Counted from the first letter of the stretch, positions 36,912-49,208 are shown. The stretch: DNA of 60,031 nucleotides from Octopus bimaculoides (GCF_001194135.2 NC_068984.1:74993051-75053081), one strand, 5' to 3'. Notes: generated by a model not told the origin, from the letters alone. Numbers and translations are program-made.

Positions 36912-37169
36912 GGCTAGGCTGGGTGGAGGTACTTGTCTCCCCCCTCGTAAACATAAGGACACAGGAAATGTGTCATGGCCAACAGGAAGCAGTCCAGCTT
37001 CCTATGGCTAAATAGCAGTAGTATGATTCCCTTATTGGGACTGTCACGTTAAGTTGACAGTATACAACTAGTGTGTGTGTGTGTGTATGTTTGTGTTTAT
37101 TTAACTGTTTCTTATAAAAAAATAATTTTTTCCTATGTATGGTGACTTTTGACTCACTATATATATATA

Positions 37170-37735
37170 AACGACATGGTCTCAGGTTCAGTCCCACCAT
37201 GCAGCGCTTTGGGTGTCTACTACTATAATCCCTTGTGAGTGGATTTAGTAGATGGAAATCATGAGTAAGCCCATCGTTGACATAAATAAATGTGTGCACG
37301 TCTTTGTATTTGGCCCTCACCATCATTTGAAAACTGGTGTTGATTTGAATACGTCCCTGTAGCTTAGTGGTTAGGCGAACGAACTGGTTGAATAAGTACC
37401 AGATTTAACCCTTTAACATTCAAACTGGCTATATCTGGCCAAATTATTCTACTTGTTTTAAGTTCAAACCAGCGAGATCTGGCCTCTCAAACTAATCCTA
37501 CAATGCCATTCTAAAAATTAATAGTTTATATCATAAAATTCTCAAAAGCCATGAGATAATGCATGGTTAATTCAAAACAATGTGAATGAATAAGCAATAC
37601 ATTTGACGACAAAATCTGAATATTAAAGGGTTAAAAATAAGTACAGGAGTCAATTTATTTGACCAAACCTTTTAAGACGGTGCCCAGTATAGTAGTAATC
37701 CAATGATTCAAACAAGTAAAAGATAGTAGATATAT
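37170..37735 (+). mobile_element. CORE-like SINE interrupted by a MITE
   Basis: The head and CORE lie at 37175-37270; the tail resumes after 37634 (aaataagtacaggagtcaattt...aaacaagtaaaagata). Confidence 0.78.
37405..37634. mobile_element. piggyBac-type MITE, best-preserved copy with TTAA TSD
   Basis: TTAA|CCCTTTAACATTCA ... TGAATATTAAAGGG|TTAA (13/14 TIR match); 222 bp between the TTAA sites. Confidence 0.9.
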
Positions 37736-40516
37736 AGTACTGCTAACATACTACCTTAAAGATAGCATTTTGATACTACCTGAGTCATTTTTATAGAAAG
37801 ATTAATGTATATTTTTGCAAAGAAGTACTATAAAAAATGCAGAGGTATATCAAGCTGAAGGGTTAAATGAAATAAGAAAACTTCAGCACCAACATAGAGG
37901 ATTCTTTATTGGCTGGGTACATTTATTGCTTTTGTTGTATAGTCCCAAACAAACTCTCATGGAGCAGACTTATGATAAAAGCTTTCCAGCAATGACCATG
38001 TGGCCGTTGCCAATGCCATGTAAATGGCACCCGTACCGGTGGCATGTAAAAAGCACTCATTACACTCTTGTAGTGGCTGGCGTTAGGATGGGCATCCAGT
38101 CTTAGAAACCAAGTCAAATCAAACTGGAACCTGGTACAGCTCTCCAGCTTGCCTGTTCAAGTCAAACTGTCTAACCCATACCAGCATGGAAGGCGGACGT
38201 TAAATGATGATGATGATGATGATTTTTTTTTTTTTTTTGATGGCAATAGAATAAGATTTAATAGCATTTTGACTACTATTTTCAACAGGTTAATTCAAAG
38301 CAGCACCCTACCATGGGAAAAGTCCAGTCATTGACACTAAGAATAGAAAAGAATATTAACGCATCTTTAACAACCCATTTGTATCTTTGTATACATTGAT
38401 GTACAGACACACATGCATACATATATCCTTATCATTTAAGTTCTATGCTGGCATATGTTGGACAGCTTAACAGGATCCAGTGGACCTAATGACTTCATTG
38501 AGTTCCTAGTCTGCTTTGGTATGGTTTCTTTAGCTTGATGCCCTTCCTAACACCAGCTACTATACAGTGTATATTGGGTGACTTTTTTATGCAATCAGTA
38601 CAAGGTTATATTATATTAGATGACATATATATATCATATTATATCTAATATGCACGTGTGTGTGTGTAACAAGAATGTGTTGTAAATACATATGGTAGGT
38701 ATTTAGGAATTAATAAAGGCAAATTGTTGACATAAAGCCAAATTACGAGACAATATTTAAGAGCAGAGTTTGTATATTTAACATAAGCACAAGCTTCTTG
38801 AATTGTTAATCTGAGTTTCATGTTACCAACTATATAAACGACTAATCTCAGTGCTGTAATATAACACATGTATATAAGTGGATAGGTATAATATATGTAT
38901 ATATGAGGGTAGGTGTAAGGGTTTGTGTGTACGTGTACTTGTTTGTCTTGGTGTCGAGTTGCGTCCGTTTAATATCAAAAATATAACTTAGACATTCGTT
39001 AAATAGAAAACGATAAAAATATGTAGCTACGTCAAACATGTACCAGGGCCGGTATGATTGACTAAAATAACTTAAGTGTTAATAACAACCAGAGAAAGAA
39101 AACTAAAAGTAATAATGTATAGCAATATGCTCTGTACAAGAAATTGTATAGAAGCAAGAGCAACAACAATACATATACACACACATATATACAATAATAA
39201 GGTTTTATTTTTGTTTAAGAATCATTTTTCACTGATTTCTATAAGCCATATTGACGACATGACAGGTTAGTTAGGGCTTAGCTCATAGACTGGTTGAAAA
39301 TGTCACCTGCTTTATATTAAATCTGGAAATATATATTCTTTTCAGTCTTGAATATATAAGAGACTACACACTCATACATACAAGAGCGCGCGCGCGCGTA
39401 TACAGAACTGCAAACGTCAAGTTATCAATTTTTGTACACAGTTATAAATGTTCGTGTGCACACATACACACAGTTTAAAGCTTTGGCTCTCGAGCCCACA
39501 TACACTCGCGCACAATATACACTTACACGATTTTGCAAGACACACACGCACACAAACATACATACATACATGCATTCATGAATGCATAAATACATAAACG
39601 CATGCGCTCACAATCTCACATCATACATCACAAAAGATACGTACTTTTGCACAATCTCTCGTTATATATTATAAAAGATATACATGCATATACATACACA
39701 CACACAATCTCATCATATATCTCATATTCACAAATTCCTGTTAAGTGTTCCAAGTTTCTCCAGACCACTTTAAAATACATTTTACACACACACACACACA
39801 CACACACAAAGTGACACCACACAGCAACATACATTATTACTTACAACTCAAAAATTCACACACACATGCTTCACACGCTTAATATTATACATATTACAAA
39901 CACGTGTGGACTGATGAACACACACACGTATACACACAAAGCTATAAATATATTAATGTATTTAGCTGATAGCAAAATTCGTAATTACGTACACACATTA
40001 CACTTATACATAAATAAATACACGCATCATACATATACAGAAATAATATACACATAAATACGTACATACATACATACACTAACACGCTCAAGTACTGACA
40101 TCCAAATCCTAATTATCTTGGCACTTAGAGAGTTGCAGGGGATAAACACACACACACACTTTACACAACTATTAACTATCAACCGAATACATGCATACAT
40201 ATGTATTGGATTTGATTATTATCAAAGACCACGCGCGCGCACACACACACAGGGAGGCAGGCTGGTACACATGAAGAAGTACGCATAAATATCTTAAATA
40301 CAAAATCATTCGATATAGGAATATATACATTTATATAAATATATATGTACATACATATAACCGTATTGGAGGTAGTTATCACAGGCCCCGACCACACACT
40401 GATAAATATTTAATCGAAACAGTCAATATCTAAATAAATATACAAATAAAAGTACACCACACACAGTCTGTCGAAGCACACACAGATACATACCTACATA
40501 CATACACGCACAGTTA

Positions 40517-40895
40517 TGGCGTGGCTGGTGGTAAGAAGTTTGCTTTCCAACCACATGGTTCCGGGTTCAATATCATAGCCGTGGCACCTTGGGAAAGTGT
40601 CTTCAGCTTATAGCCTTGGGTCGACCAAGGCGTTGTGAGTGAATTTGGTAGACGGAAACTGAAAAGAAGCGAGTCGTTTATATATGTGTGTGTTTAACTC
40701 CCACCGCCGCTTGATAACCGGTCTTGGTGTGTTTACGTTCCCGTAAGCTAACGGTCCGGCAAAAGAGAGTGATAGAATAAATATCATGTTAAAAAAAAAT
40801 ACAGAAAAAGAAGTACTTGAGTCGATTCGCTCAGCAAAAACTTTTGAAGGTGGTGCTCCAGCATGACGGCAGTCGAATAATTAAAACAAGTGAAA
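40517..40895 (+). mobile_element. Near full-length CORE-like SINE
   Basis: Head gtggctggtggtaagaagtttgc...ccgggttcaa through tail ggtggtgctccagcatgacggcagtc...aaacaagtgaaagata. Confidence 0.85.
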
Positions 40896-40959
40896 GATAA
40901 AAATGTCTAAACAAATATACAAATAAACGAACACCACACAGTTTGTAGAAGTCTTGAGA

Positions 40960-41289
40960 GGCTTAGTTGAATAAATCAACTCCAGTACTAATTTCCAGAT
41001 CTGGTACTTATTGTATCGTTCTGTTTTGCCGAACCGCTAGTAACGGGATCGTAAATAAACCAACACCGGTTGTCAAACGGAAGTGGACACACACACACAC
41101 ACACACACATGCATACATACATACATACATTTATATACGAAGGGCTTCCACATAGTTTCCGTCAACCAAATTTTATCATACAGCACTAGTCGACCCGGAG
41201 CTATAAAAGACACTCGTCCAAGGTGCCACGCAACGGGGCTGAACCTGAAAACACGTGTTTAAAAAGCGAGCTTCTTAAACACACAGCCT
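40960..41289 (-). mobile_element. CORE-like SINE, inverted relative to 40517-40895
   Basis: ttttgccgaaccgctag...gacactcgtccaaggtgccacgcaacggggctgaacc...cacacagcc. Confidence 0.82.
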
Positions 41290-43254
41290 TCTGCAAATCC
41301 ACAATGAAATAGCTTTTCATTTAATCTCTGAGGATCCCTAAACTGCAAGCTCAAAAGCCCATGCTTTAATCCGTACATGCGTACGAACTGAAGTTAGATT
41401 TGGCTATTCTTTTTAGCAGGTTAAGTGACCAAACTGATTCCCACACTGGCTCAAAAAGAAAAAGCAATTGGTGGATTGTCGATAATATGCAATGCGAAAT
41501 AATGGTAATTACCATTAGGTATTTAATGGGAAAATACATTCAAATTTCGAAGAAGTTCTTGAGTACGAGACCCAATGAATGGATCAAATCCCACTAGGAT
41601 GTTAATTTTTTTTTTCTTCCATATGAGGACTTTTTTTTTTTGCAAAGTGAAGTGCGTCCTTCTTTGAATAAAAAAGTGAGTTTGTATGTGTGAGTAAATA
41701 CATACAATATGTCAGAGAAATTTGAACATTTTGTGAGTGTCTGCGTGCGCGCCAGTGTGTGTGTGTGTGTGTGTTCATTTATTACCATTTAGTTTCTAAA
41801 GTTAATTACAGACAAGAACAGAAAAACCATAGAGTAGGATAAATAAACTAACACTTTGGAAGCTAAGTTTTAGGTATTAAAGTATCCACCAAATATCCAT
41901 ACAATATCTCGAGATCTTGAGATCAAAATAAGGGGAAAAAAACTAAAACACATTTACAACTTCAATACCGCCAACTTGAGGGCAATAACGGGCTGGCGGA
42001 GAATGAGAGAGGTGGAGACGACAGAACGTGAGACAGACTTACTGTTTACAAAGTTTTGTTTAATAACCAACCCTGTATTAAGACAGGTCTTATCTGATAT
42101 CCAAAATAGCTGTATTATGGTAATAAAACATTAGAGTTTAAGTACTTGCTGTGTGTATTGATCTACACGCATACACATACAATATCTTATATATACATAC
42201 ATACATACACACACACACATATATGACAGAGAGGTGGCGTGTGTACACATAGATACAATCACTCACTGATAATGGATTTGAGTTGGTGGAAATTTAAACG
42301 TTTGCGAGGTGGTATATTAAATAAGATCTAAATGTTTTGAGTTCAAGATATTTCTCGATCATTTTTTTTTATATATATATAGTTGACCTCTGGGTCACCT
42401 GACAAAGAAGTTTATCACTGAAATGGAAGAAAGTGTAAAAAAAAATAAAAGAAAAAAGAATAATGGCCTCTTCATTGGTCAATTTTCTATTCGGTGTTTT
42501 TATAGTAATTTACAAGCTATCTGAGGACAAAATCTTCAAATACACACAAGCGCGCGCACACACACACATTAATCTCAGAACAGATCGAGTAAAAATCAAA
42601 TATACACAAGCGCGACTGTGTGTGGTTATCAGCAGAAATAACAGGAACGGAACGTTTAATCTACTAATAAATAAAAAATAACCTGAGAGAAGAAACTTCA
42701 GTTTTATTGCTTAGTACTTGAGGTTGGTTTCTACAAATTTATTTGATAATTAAAATATTACTTTCTGAAGTGTAAATGACGTAATGTAATTAAAAAACCC
42801 ATAATTACTTTGTACTGAAGAGATTCAAATAGTTAAAATAGTTGCTTCTATATACTAATATTAAAGACTAGAATTGAAACGAAAATGAAAATAAAAATTG
42901 TAGGAAGATTAAGCCTTTATCTATCCATTGCTGAATAAATTCTAGGCATATCATTGCTGGTTAAGTCCTACCTATTCATTGCTAATTGTGAATTGGGCGA
43001 GCTGCTCTCGTGATTACTTGTTTAGATGTGGCCACCGGCAACCAGATGGAATTTGGAATTCAGAATGCAAAGAGCTACAACAAACATCGGAAGATATCTA
43101 TTCCAAAACTTTCTGGATTCCTTTAATCCATCTACTGTCTGTGAGAGGCACATTATTTATTGCCCCACCACCACCACACAAAGTAAAAAAAAAAATGGCA
43201 AAGCTGTCATCTTGTGGATTTGAACACAGAGCACAGAGAACCGAAACAAATATT

Positions 43255-43447
43255 CTTTTCTACTCTAGGCACAAGGCCCGAAATTTGGGGGGAGGGGGCC
43301 ACTCATTTAGATCGACCCAGGACGCAACTGGTACTTAATTTATCGACCTCGAAAGGATGAAAGGCTAAGTCGACCTCGGCGGAAAACCAGAGCAAATATT
43401 GCAAGGCATTACTACACCCGACGTTCTAACGATTCTGCCAATTAGCC
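43255..43447 (-). mobile_element. Meta-like SINE
   Basis: ctggtacttaatttatcgacctcgaaaggatgaaaggctaagtcgacctcggcggaa is the rc of the family core. Confidence 0.78.
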
Positions 43448-44122
43448 ACTACTCTATTCATTGTGTCATGCAAAAATGGTGACAAGATTTAGGTATTCAT
43501 TTAAAAAAGGCAGCAGATAAGCAGAATCGGTGGAGTGCCAGACAAAATGTCTTTAAATATTTAAATGAGTCTCTAAGTTTCGAACTCAAATTCTCCGAAG
43601 TCTGCTGATCATGCTTCAGAGACCGATAAAAAAAAATTGCTTAAGTGTCTTTACAGCCGACTGCACCTTTTCATACAAAATTTATGGTTTTCTACTTGCA
43701 AGGTATAAGAACTGCATAAAGGAAGTCGCAGCTGAGTTTAAACATTCCCGACATTCCACTTTGTTAAACTATATTGTATCTTGAAGCCATGAATGTACAA
43801 ACAGATTCAATAACATACAATACCAAAGAATTGTTCCTTTGAATATCTGTTACATGAAAAAGCGCATAAAATAGAAAAAGAAAATAGATTTAAATGTGAC
43901 AAACATGTCTCTCATTTAGAAATCGTCTCGAACCTTATAAATTTACATATCACTGAAAAATTTATTCTTTGTGTTTCGTAAAAATTCACACGACCACCCA
44001 CGTACACTGAATAAATGTTGCTTGTTCTCCGTGCTAATCTCATCCGGTTTCCTCTCTGATCCGCCTACGTATTTCTGCACATATTTACCTGCAGAGGTTT
44101 AAGTTGATCGATACATCACTAA

Positions 44123-44990
44123 TACGAAGTACGTTCAAAAAGTATCCGACTCTATTTTTTCCCGCCAAAATTAATGTCGTGTGGGTAAAATGCTTTCGGT
44201 GCGAATGCGTGAAACTTTTTGCGCTGATAAATTGCGTCAGCTCTCGGCTGTTACGCCTACAGTACAGACATCTAGTGCACGCTCATCGGGTTTTCGTTTT
44301 CACGCAAGATGACCGAACGCATCGAGTAGATTATAAGTTCATATCTCACTACCAGTGACGATGGTCTTCGTAAAATTTGGGTCGTTGTTTGCACAGTCCC
44401 GCGTGTCCTGATCGATTTCCATGCAGAATTGCTTCTGCTGCTCCTTGGCAACGAATTTCTCCTATACTCTCCACATGCACAAATCCTCTGTTAAAATGGA
44501 ATGCACTGATCCTGTACTTCTTCCCACTTCGTGAGCAATTTCCTGGATTGTTACACGATGGTCTTCCATGACTATTCGCCGAACCTTCTCAATCGACACC
44601 TCGTTTCGGCTTGAGGATGACCTGCCTGAACATGCCTCGCTCTCCACTGAAGTACGGCCATGTTTGAAGCGGTTGTACCACCCCTTGATCTGAGTTTTGC
44701 CCTTGGCATCATTACCAAAGGCCTGCTGAACCTACTGGATGGTTTCAGCTTGAGTATCACCAAGTTTTTGCTAAAACTTGATTCAATATCTCTGTTCGAT
44801 GCGTTCGGTGCAAACGAAAATCTGACGAGTGTGCACAGCACGTCTGTACTCTAGAAGTAACAGCCAGGAACTGACGCGGCCTCCCGGCGCAAACATTTTC
44901 CCACGCGCGCAGGAAGAGCATTTTTTCCCACGCGGAATTATTCTTGGCGGGAAAAAATTATATCGGTTATTTTTTTCCCCTAAGATGATA
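44123..44990 (-). mobile_element. Fold-back mariner derivative with two 5' ends and a truncated transposase
   Basis: Inverted arms of about 200 bp (44123-44325 vs 44796-44990). The minus strand encodes TERIEQRY*IKF*QKLGDTQAETIQ*VQQAFG...WYNRFKHGRTSVESE...SGR...VRRIVMEDHRVTIQEIAHEVG...TIVTGSE, a mariner HTH region that ends at a mutated first catalytic D. Confidence 0.88.
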
Positions 44991-45449
44991 GGGTGTGGGT
45001 TGAGAGATATCGCTGTTATTTTTAGGATGTCGACAGACCATGCAGAGGCACTCTCAGGACAGCAGGTGGTGGAGGGCTTCAAGATTTTCGGCATTTTGTT
45101 CCCTTAGCCATATATCTATACATTTTACAGCTGTCATTTTGTAATCCATCCTGCCAGTCTGCTCACACTTTAAATTGAAACTTAACACAACAGCTTTCCA
45201 TCTCGGAACACGAAAGTTAGGGTGTTGCGCGGAAATAACATACATTCTCTTCCCATCCAAGATACAGTATACTATTGTGTATCTCCTGTACTTTATACTT
45301 GTCAGTATGTATGTGTGGTGATTAATTTATATGTGTTTTTGTTCGCTTCCCAATCATGTTCGATATCCTCGCGAAGAATTTCTCTCACCACTAGCTTCTC
45401 AGGTCTACACAAGATTTGTGGACAAAATGAGGTTGATGTTCCAGCCAAG

Positions 45450-45482
<33 letters not shown>

Positions 45483-45976
45483 CGGTCCAACCTTATTTTT
45501 CGATTTCTACACAAGTGTAGTTCGGTACGGCAATTACGTAAACTGCAACTATGTATCGGCAAAATATATTTTTAAAATACTTCACCATTCATTAATGAGT
45601 TAAAGATTGAACTGGATTTTAATAACATTAAAGGCAAAAATCAACAGAAATTAGTAATTTCAATTAAATGCTGTAATGTACTGCATTTTTTTTTTTTTAA
45701 CTAGTCGTAGTTTTCGTGTCTACTCCACCACATAAGCTCTCAAACCAAAGAATTAATCATCGAAACATAAGTGTGGCAACGAGGCAGTTCCATTTGCTTT
45801 TCAGTGTGCTAGCAACGTGGATACTGCTTTCTGAGTTGATAAATTTAACAATCGCTTGAGACTGCCTCTTGGTTCTATGACACCAACATCGTGTAAATGA
45901 CCTAAAGTAAAACTTTCAATCAGAAAATTAATTCTGAATCAATGTTTCAAACATGTCGTTTTACTATTTTTTTTAA

Positions 45977-46385
45977 TCTTTCACTTGTATCAGTTATTGG
46001 AATACGACCGCGATGGAACACCGACACGAAGGATTTTGTCGAAGCAATCAACCACACTAATTATTTTTGAAGTCTGGCACTTATTTTATCGTTCCATTTT
46101 GCTGAACCGCTAAGTTACGGGGACGGTTGTCAAGTGATGATGGGAGACAAATACAAAATACACACACACTACATAACGGCGGTGCCTCAGCATGGCCGCA
46201 GCTCTCGACCTGAAACTAGTAAAGAAAAAGATATATACACGGCGATCTTCCTTTAGTTTCCGTCCAACAAATTCGCTCACGAGGCTTCAGTCGGCCCGGG
46301 GCTATAGAAGACATTTGCCCAAGATGCCGCACAGTGGAACTTAACCCGGACACAGTTGCAACGCGACCTTCGTAACCACACAGCT
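45977..46385 (-). mobile_element. CORE-like SINE, near full length
   Basis: ttttgctgaaccgctaagttacggggac...gtcggcccggggctatagaagacatttgcccaagatgccgc...cacacagc. Confidence 0.8.
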
Positions 46386-46947
46386 GAAACAAAGCACAGT
46401 ATTTCAACAGAAACATGCTTAATAAAAGGTCATAGCTAGGTATCTGGGGGTAATGAGAGCTAAGATCACCACAAGTCACTCACTCTATATCACTGTTTCC
46501 GTTTTTTAAAAGAACTGAGGCCCAAATATATTCTTCAAGTGTTGTCTATGACATAGAATGACATAGAGGAATATCTGCTGAGTTTCGTGGCATACACTGT
46601 GGAAAACACACTGATTTGGAATTGGCTGTAATTAATTTCTTCAAAATATCAAAAATTTAAAACTAAAAACGGTTGTGCTTTTCTCATAATCGGCATGCAA
46701 CACTACGTTCAATGAAGGAATTCATAATAAGACCAGAGAGTGTGTGCGTCAAAAAGAACAGATCCGATTACCGAATATGTCCTCATTCAACCCCCTCCTT
46801 TTCTAAAACAGGCAAAATACACCGCGCAGGACTTTCTGATTAACCTTTTTTTTTTTTCTTTTTCAGCTGAGCGGTCTGCTTGATAATGAACCAGGTGTCA
46901 TGCGGGCAGTTTTTCGAAAAAGGTTGCCCGTGCTTTGCAGTAAGATG

Positions 46948-47664
46948 GGATCTAGTTCAAAACGGGGGCGCCAGTATTTTCTTAACGAAACACTTTGAAA
47001 CTTGGGACACTGGTAGAATGTGTCATATAAAACATCTTTTTCTCTTAGTCTTCTTAAGAAAAATTATTATATTGCAACTTATTTCATGTTAAAGTTGTCG
47101 TNNNNNNNNNNNNNNNNNNNNNNNNNNNNNNNNNNNNNNNNNNNNNNNNNNNNNNNNNNNNNNNNNNNNNNNNNNNNNNNNNNNNNNNNNNNNNNNNNNN
47201 NNNNNNNNNNNNNNNNNNNNNNNNNNNNNNNNNNNNNNNNNNNNNNNNNNNNNNNNNNNNNNNNNNNNNNNNNNNNNNNNNNNNNNNNNNNNNAGGGTTA
47301 GGGCAAATGTTGTACACATACAGTTCAGGCAGATGTTAACGAAATTATATTAAAAATAAAACGAAGGAAAACGAACACACGTGCGTTGCCTTTCTGCAAA
47401 ATGTCAGAAGTAATGGAGATTAAATACGCTTTACACCGCTTAAACTGCCAAAGGAGTAATTGTAAACAGCTGAATACTTGTCAGTGATTGGTTGAAATTA
47501 TCGAAATAAGACAATTTTTTACATGAAATAACTTCGAATACAAAATTTTTTTTCTGTTCTATAACACAAAATAGATAAGTATACGAAGTTTGAAAGTCTT
47601 TCGGTACCAAAAACACTACATAAAACATAAATGAAAACTGGTGCCCCCGTTTTGAACTAGATCC
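46948..47664. mobile_element. Non-autonomous DNA transposon, GGATC termini, 28-bp TIR, 8-bp TSD (Merlin-like candidate), copy A
   Basis: TIR GGATCTAGTTCAAAACGGGGGC(G/A)CCAGT (27/28 identical). TSD GTAAGATG at 46940-46947 and 47665-47672. Confidence 0.9.
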
Positions 47665-48073
47665 GTAAGATGTGATCTGAAGGAAATTTATTCCTATTTC
47701 TAGCAGGTTGAATCACTTCGTAGAGGTTTTTCTGCATTTACTACAGCAGCAGCAGCAGTAGCAGTAATAGTAGTAGTAGTCGTAGTAGTTGTTGTTGTTG
47801 TTGTGACTAACACATTTCCCGATATTTTTTTTTTCCCACTGAATCACAATGTACAACCATGTTGCCTGTATTCAGTTTCTGTGGTCCAAATTTCATTCAG
47901 CATTAGAAGTGAAAGAGGTACATACAACCAAAGAATAAATTAAAAAAATTAATCATACTCAGCCAATAAGATTGATTTATATTTCAGAATAAGCAAAGCT
48001 TTTTGTGTCACACAATTGTAACACCTTTTATTGTGGAGAAAAGCTAAATAACAATACACTGAACGGAACAGAC

Positions 48074-48078
<5 letters not shown>

Positions 48079-48133
<55 letters not shown>
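48079..48133. repeat. (ATT)n microsatellite
   Basis: Directly visible. Confidence 0.92.
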
Positions 48134-48134
<1 letters not shown>

Positions 48135-48384
48135 TACCACCCCAATTTACCCTTTACCATATTCCCCTTATAGGTTACTCACGTGCGCTATTGTTATTTA
48201 GCTTCCGGTCAACCTTAATCGAACATGACAATGGTAAAAGCATGCGCTCCATTTATTTATATATTTATTTATTTATTACCCAAACAGTGTATGTAGGAGT
48301 ACCATTTACTTTTTTTATGAAGTCGGTTGAGTAATTAATAAATAAATAGTAAATAAATATAAATATTCGATGGGGTGATCAGTT

Positions 48385-48542
48385 AATTACGATTTTATAT
48401 AACATATTCCCCTCTCAGATTCACACACTTATTGCAGCGGTCCTACCGTTTTTCTAATCCCTGTAAAGAACTCAGAAGTTTGGGCCTCCAGCCAGGCCTT
48501 TCCCGTCACCCTTAAAGACCGGAACTTTTCAGCACGCCCTCG
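48385..48542. mobile_element. Second, truncated copy of the same mariner-type MITE
   Basis: aacatattcccctctcagattcacacactta(t/c)tgcag is shared with 16657-16693. Ends accggaacttttcagcacgccctcg|ta. Confidence 0.78.
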
Positions 48543-48645
48543 TATATAGGTTGTTGGAACAAACAGGATAAATAGAATTCAGTACATGATCATACAAAAT
48601 TTTTTAGCATATTTAAAAGGTAGTAATTGCAAAGTAACTCCAAAG

Positions 48646-48691
48646 GCATGGTATTTTTTATCGAAACGCGTTTCGATGAAAAATACCATGC
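48646..48691. repeat. 46-bp near-perfect palindrome
   Basis: GCATGGTATTTTTTATCGAAACG|CGTTTCGATGAAAAATACCATGC; one mismatch, no spacer. Confidence 0.92.
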
Positions 48692-48709
48692 ATAAAACTT
48701 TCTGCCCTT

Positions 48710-48745
<36 letters not shown>

Positions 48746-49107
48746 CATATACATACACACGTCATACAGCAAGTAACTTCGAAAGTATACTTTTGTCACT
48801 ATTTGTAACATCAGAGAATATGGCATACATACAATAATTATAATTTAACTTTTATCGAATTTCTGGGTGCTTATAGAAATTGATGAAATGAATACTATTT
48901 TCAAACAGAAAAATTACCTAAAAATAATATAAAAATGAAATATATTTTTCATTTATTAATTTGCAATAAATTATTATTATTATTCTAAGATTTCAGACAT
49001 AATCAGTGTACTTCAGCAAAACTTATCTCCGCAAAATTTCATTAAAAAATATTTAGGCAGTGGGGTATGAACCTTGAATTATGCCCCTTCTCTCTCCATA
49101 CATGCAT

Positions 49108-49208
49108 AGTGTGTGTGTGTGTGTGTGTGTGTGCGTGCGTGTGCGTGCGTGTGCGTGTGTGCGCGTGTGCGTGCGTGTGCGTGTGTGCGCGTGTGTGTGC
49201 GTGCGCGT
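49108..49208. repeat. Mixed (GT)n/(GC)n alternating purine-pyrimidine tract
   Basis: Directly visible. Confidence 0.9.

Noticed and set aside
44991-45570. TMTC2 first coding exon near the mariner element
   Set aside because: No frame gives a hydrophobic helix followed by Y-x-N-T...YDD with a phase 2 donor.
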